Source: a virus | Taxonomy: Duplodnaviria; Heunggongvirae; Uroviricota; Caudoviricetes | Virus record (IMG/VR): IMGVR_UViG_3300009941_000125 | Coordinates: 31,540 to 95,539 of that record | DNA length: 64,000 nt | Strand: one strand, 5' to 3' | Shown: piece by piece, positions 63,226 through 64,000 of the stretch | How positions within the stretch are numbered: position 1 is the first letter of the stretch | Layout: every line of letters begins with the position of its first letter | Translations under genes and position numbers: made by a program | The notes under the pieces: generated by a model | What the model saw: only the letters and a program-made list of their open reading frames with translations | The model's database searches: none | What the model was told of the DNA's origin: nothing

Positions 63226-64000
63226 TTAGTTATTTGATCTACTAAGTTCTGTCCATCCAAAAGTTATTGGAGAATCAAATGCATCAGCATATATTAAAGT
63301 TAATGTATCTCCAGCGCCTAAAACTACATCAACTCCGCCTGCCAAATTAACACCTGAACCAACGGAATTATCCTTAATAGTCACAGTGTCAGTATCATCA
63401 GAACCACAAATAACTAATATTTGTCCTCTTTTTGCATTTGTTACTGAAATAGCTAAAACACCGTTACCAAGCGTAACTGGCCCACCACCACTAGTCCCTT
63501 TAACACGAATATAAGACATATCAAGAGGAAGAGTATCTCCTGTATTTACTTCAGTACAATACCATTCGGCACCTAAAGACATGGCATATGTAAAATTAGT
63601 AGTAAGATTATCTATAGCGACCATTTCTTTTACAGTACCAGCTGTCTCTGTAACCCCTACAGTAGGAGCTGTTCTAAAAATAATATCTGTTGCTACATCG
63701 GCATTTCCAGTATAACCGCCACCAAAATATAATAAATTTTGAGTTGCATTTGTGTCTCCTCTAAAAATACAAAATGGTTGATTTGAAGTGCTATAAGATT
63801 GTGTAGTAATTAACCCTGTACGATATGGAGTTGGCGCCGTAATAATATCAGATTCTAATAAAATATGATGCATATAAGCAGGAGAAGTAGAAAGTTGAAT
63901 GCGTAATGCTGCAGCAGTAACACCTGAATGAGAAAAAGTAACCCCATGATCAATATATAAACCATCAGCACTTTTAGCAGCAGCCCCAGAAGTTAATGAT
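63226..64000 (-). CDS. Tail-fibre-like protein; 5' partial, continuing beyond the window end.
   Basis: The reading frame is open upstream of the track's Met through 64000 (...SLTSGAAAKSADGLYIDHGVTFSHSGVTAAALRIQLSTSPAYMHH...). Composition is Gly/Thr/Ser/Val-rich. Confidence 0.5.
   Translation of the reverse strand, partial: SLTSGAAAKSADGLYIDHGVTFSHSGVTAAALRIQLSTSPAYMHHILLESDIITAPTPYRTGLITTQSYSTSNQPFCIFRGDTNATQNLLYFGGGYTGNADVATDIIFRTAPTVGVTETAGTVKEMVAIDNLTTNFTYAMSLGAEWYCTEVNTGDTLPLDMSYIRVKGTSGGGPVTLGNGVLAISVTNAKRGQILVICGSDDTDTVTIKDNSVGSGVNLAGGVDVVLGAGDTLTLIYADAFDSPITFGWTELSRSNN

Overview
This 64 kb window is AT-rich and reads as part of a large lytic dsDNA phage genome. About 125 genes lie back to back on the minus strand; I found no credible plus-strand gene, and the plus-strand ORFs in the track look like frame artefacts of AT-rich DNA. 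The host is probably an anaerobic low-GC bacterium, judging from an anaerobic class III ribonucleotide reductase and other clues. Content runs from low to high coordinates as follows.

- 1..1100: a partial GT1/GT4-type glycosyltransferase cut by the window edge, then small hypothetical proteins.
- 3522..3683: a 53-aa ORF carrying the second CxxC of the zinc ribbon and the glycyl-radical motif (RIVGY...KQEELKDR) of anaerobic RNR NrdD. It lies about 6 kb downstream of a 660-aa NrdD body (9868..11850) that stops right after the first CxxC, so nrdD appears split. nrdG and a glutaredoxin-like gene lie between the pieces.
- 3993..4733: a tRNA(CAU) whose 5' half (4696..4730) and 3' half (3998..4033) are separated in the anticodon loop by a 662-bp insertion carrying a Zn-ribbon plus Vsr/DUF559-like homing endonuclease gene. 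A paralogous endonuclease is at 12366..13220.
- tRNAs: tRNA-Thr(UGU) at 9712..9784 and tRNA-Tyr(GUA) at 37103..37185.
- 13285..14835: terminase large subunit.
- 15087..17942: a sulfation module with APS kinase, a TauE/SafE permease, a cytidylyltransferase-fold protein and a PAPS-type sulfotransferase.
- Glycan enzymes: UDP-GlcNAc 2-epimerase (24059..25174), UDP-galactopyranose mutase (47561..48661), and a GSCFA-family protein.
- 25593..31482: an RNA-repair neighbourhood with RtcB ligase, a P-loop kinase, a Pol-beta nucleotidyltransferase, a calcineurin-like phosphoesterase and a SpoT-type HD (p)ppGpp-hydrolase.
- Replication and recombination: DnaE-like Pol III alpha with PHP domain, RecA, RuvC-like resolvase, Cas4/RecB-like nuclease, gp32-like SSB, FEN 5'-3' exonuclease, DnaG primase, DnaB helicase and a DnaC-like loader.
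- 44729..49108: a T4-like pyrimidine-modification cassette. It has dCMP deaminase, a ThyA-family enzyme with the dCMP-specifying Asp in place of the dUMP Asn, a GT-B transferase resembling DNA hydroxymethylcytosine glucosyltransferases, a dNMP kinase, Glf and a MazG-like NTP pyrophosphatase.
- Scattered accessory genes: an RRM protein, a tandem ParB-like protein with a HicA-like tail, a CheY-like receiver domain, a Thr-rich lipoprotein, a sigma-70 region-4 protein, a GcrA-like regulator, a GHKL/HSP90-type ATPase, a 3D-domain lysin-like protein and many Zn-ribbon mini-proteins.
- The window ends inside a tail-fibre-like gene.

I also mapped several intrinsic terminators, a recurrent promoter motif AACAGTGTACA-N16/17-TATAAT, and a GC-rich ORF-poor island at 21.2-21.5 kb.
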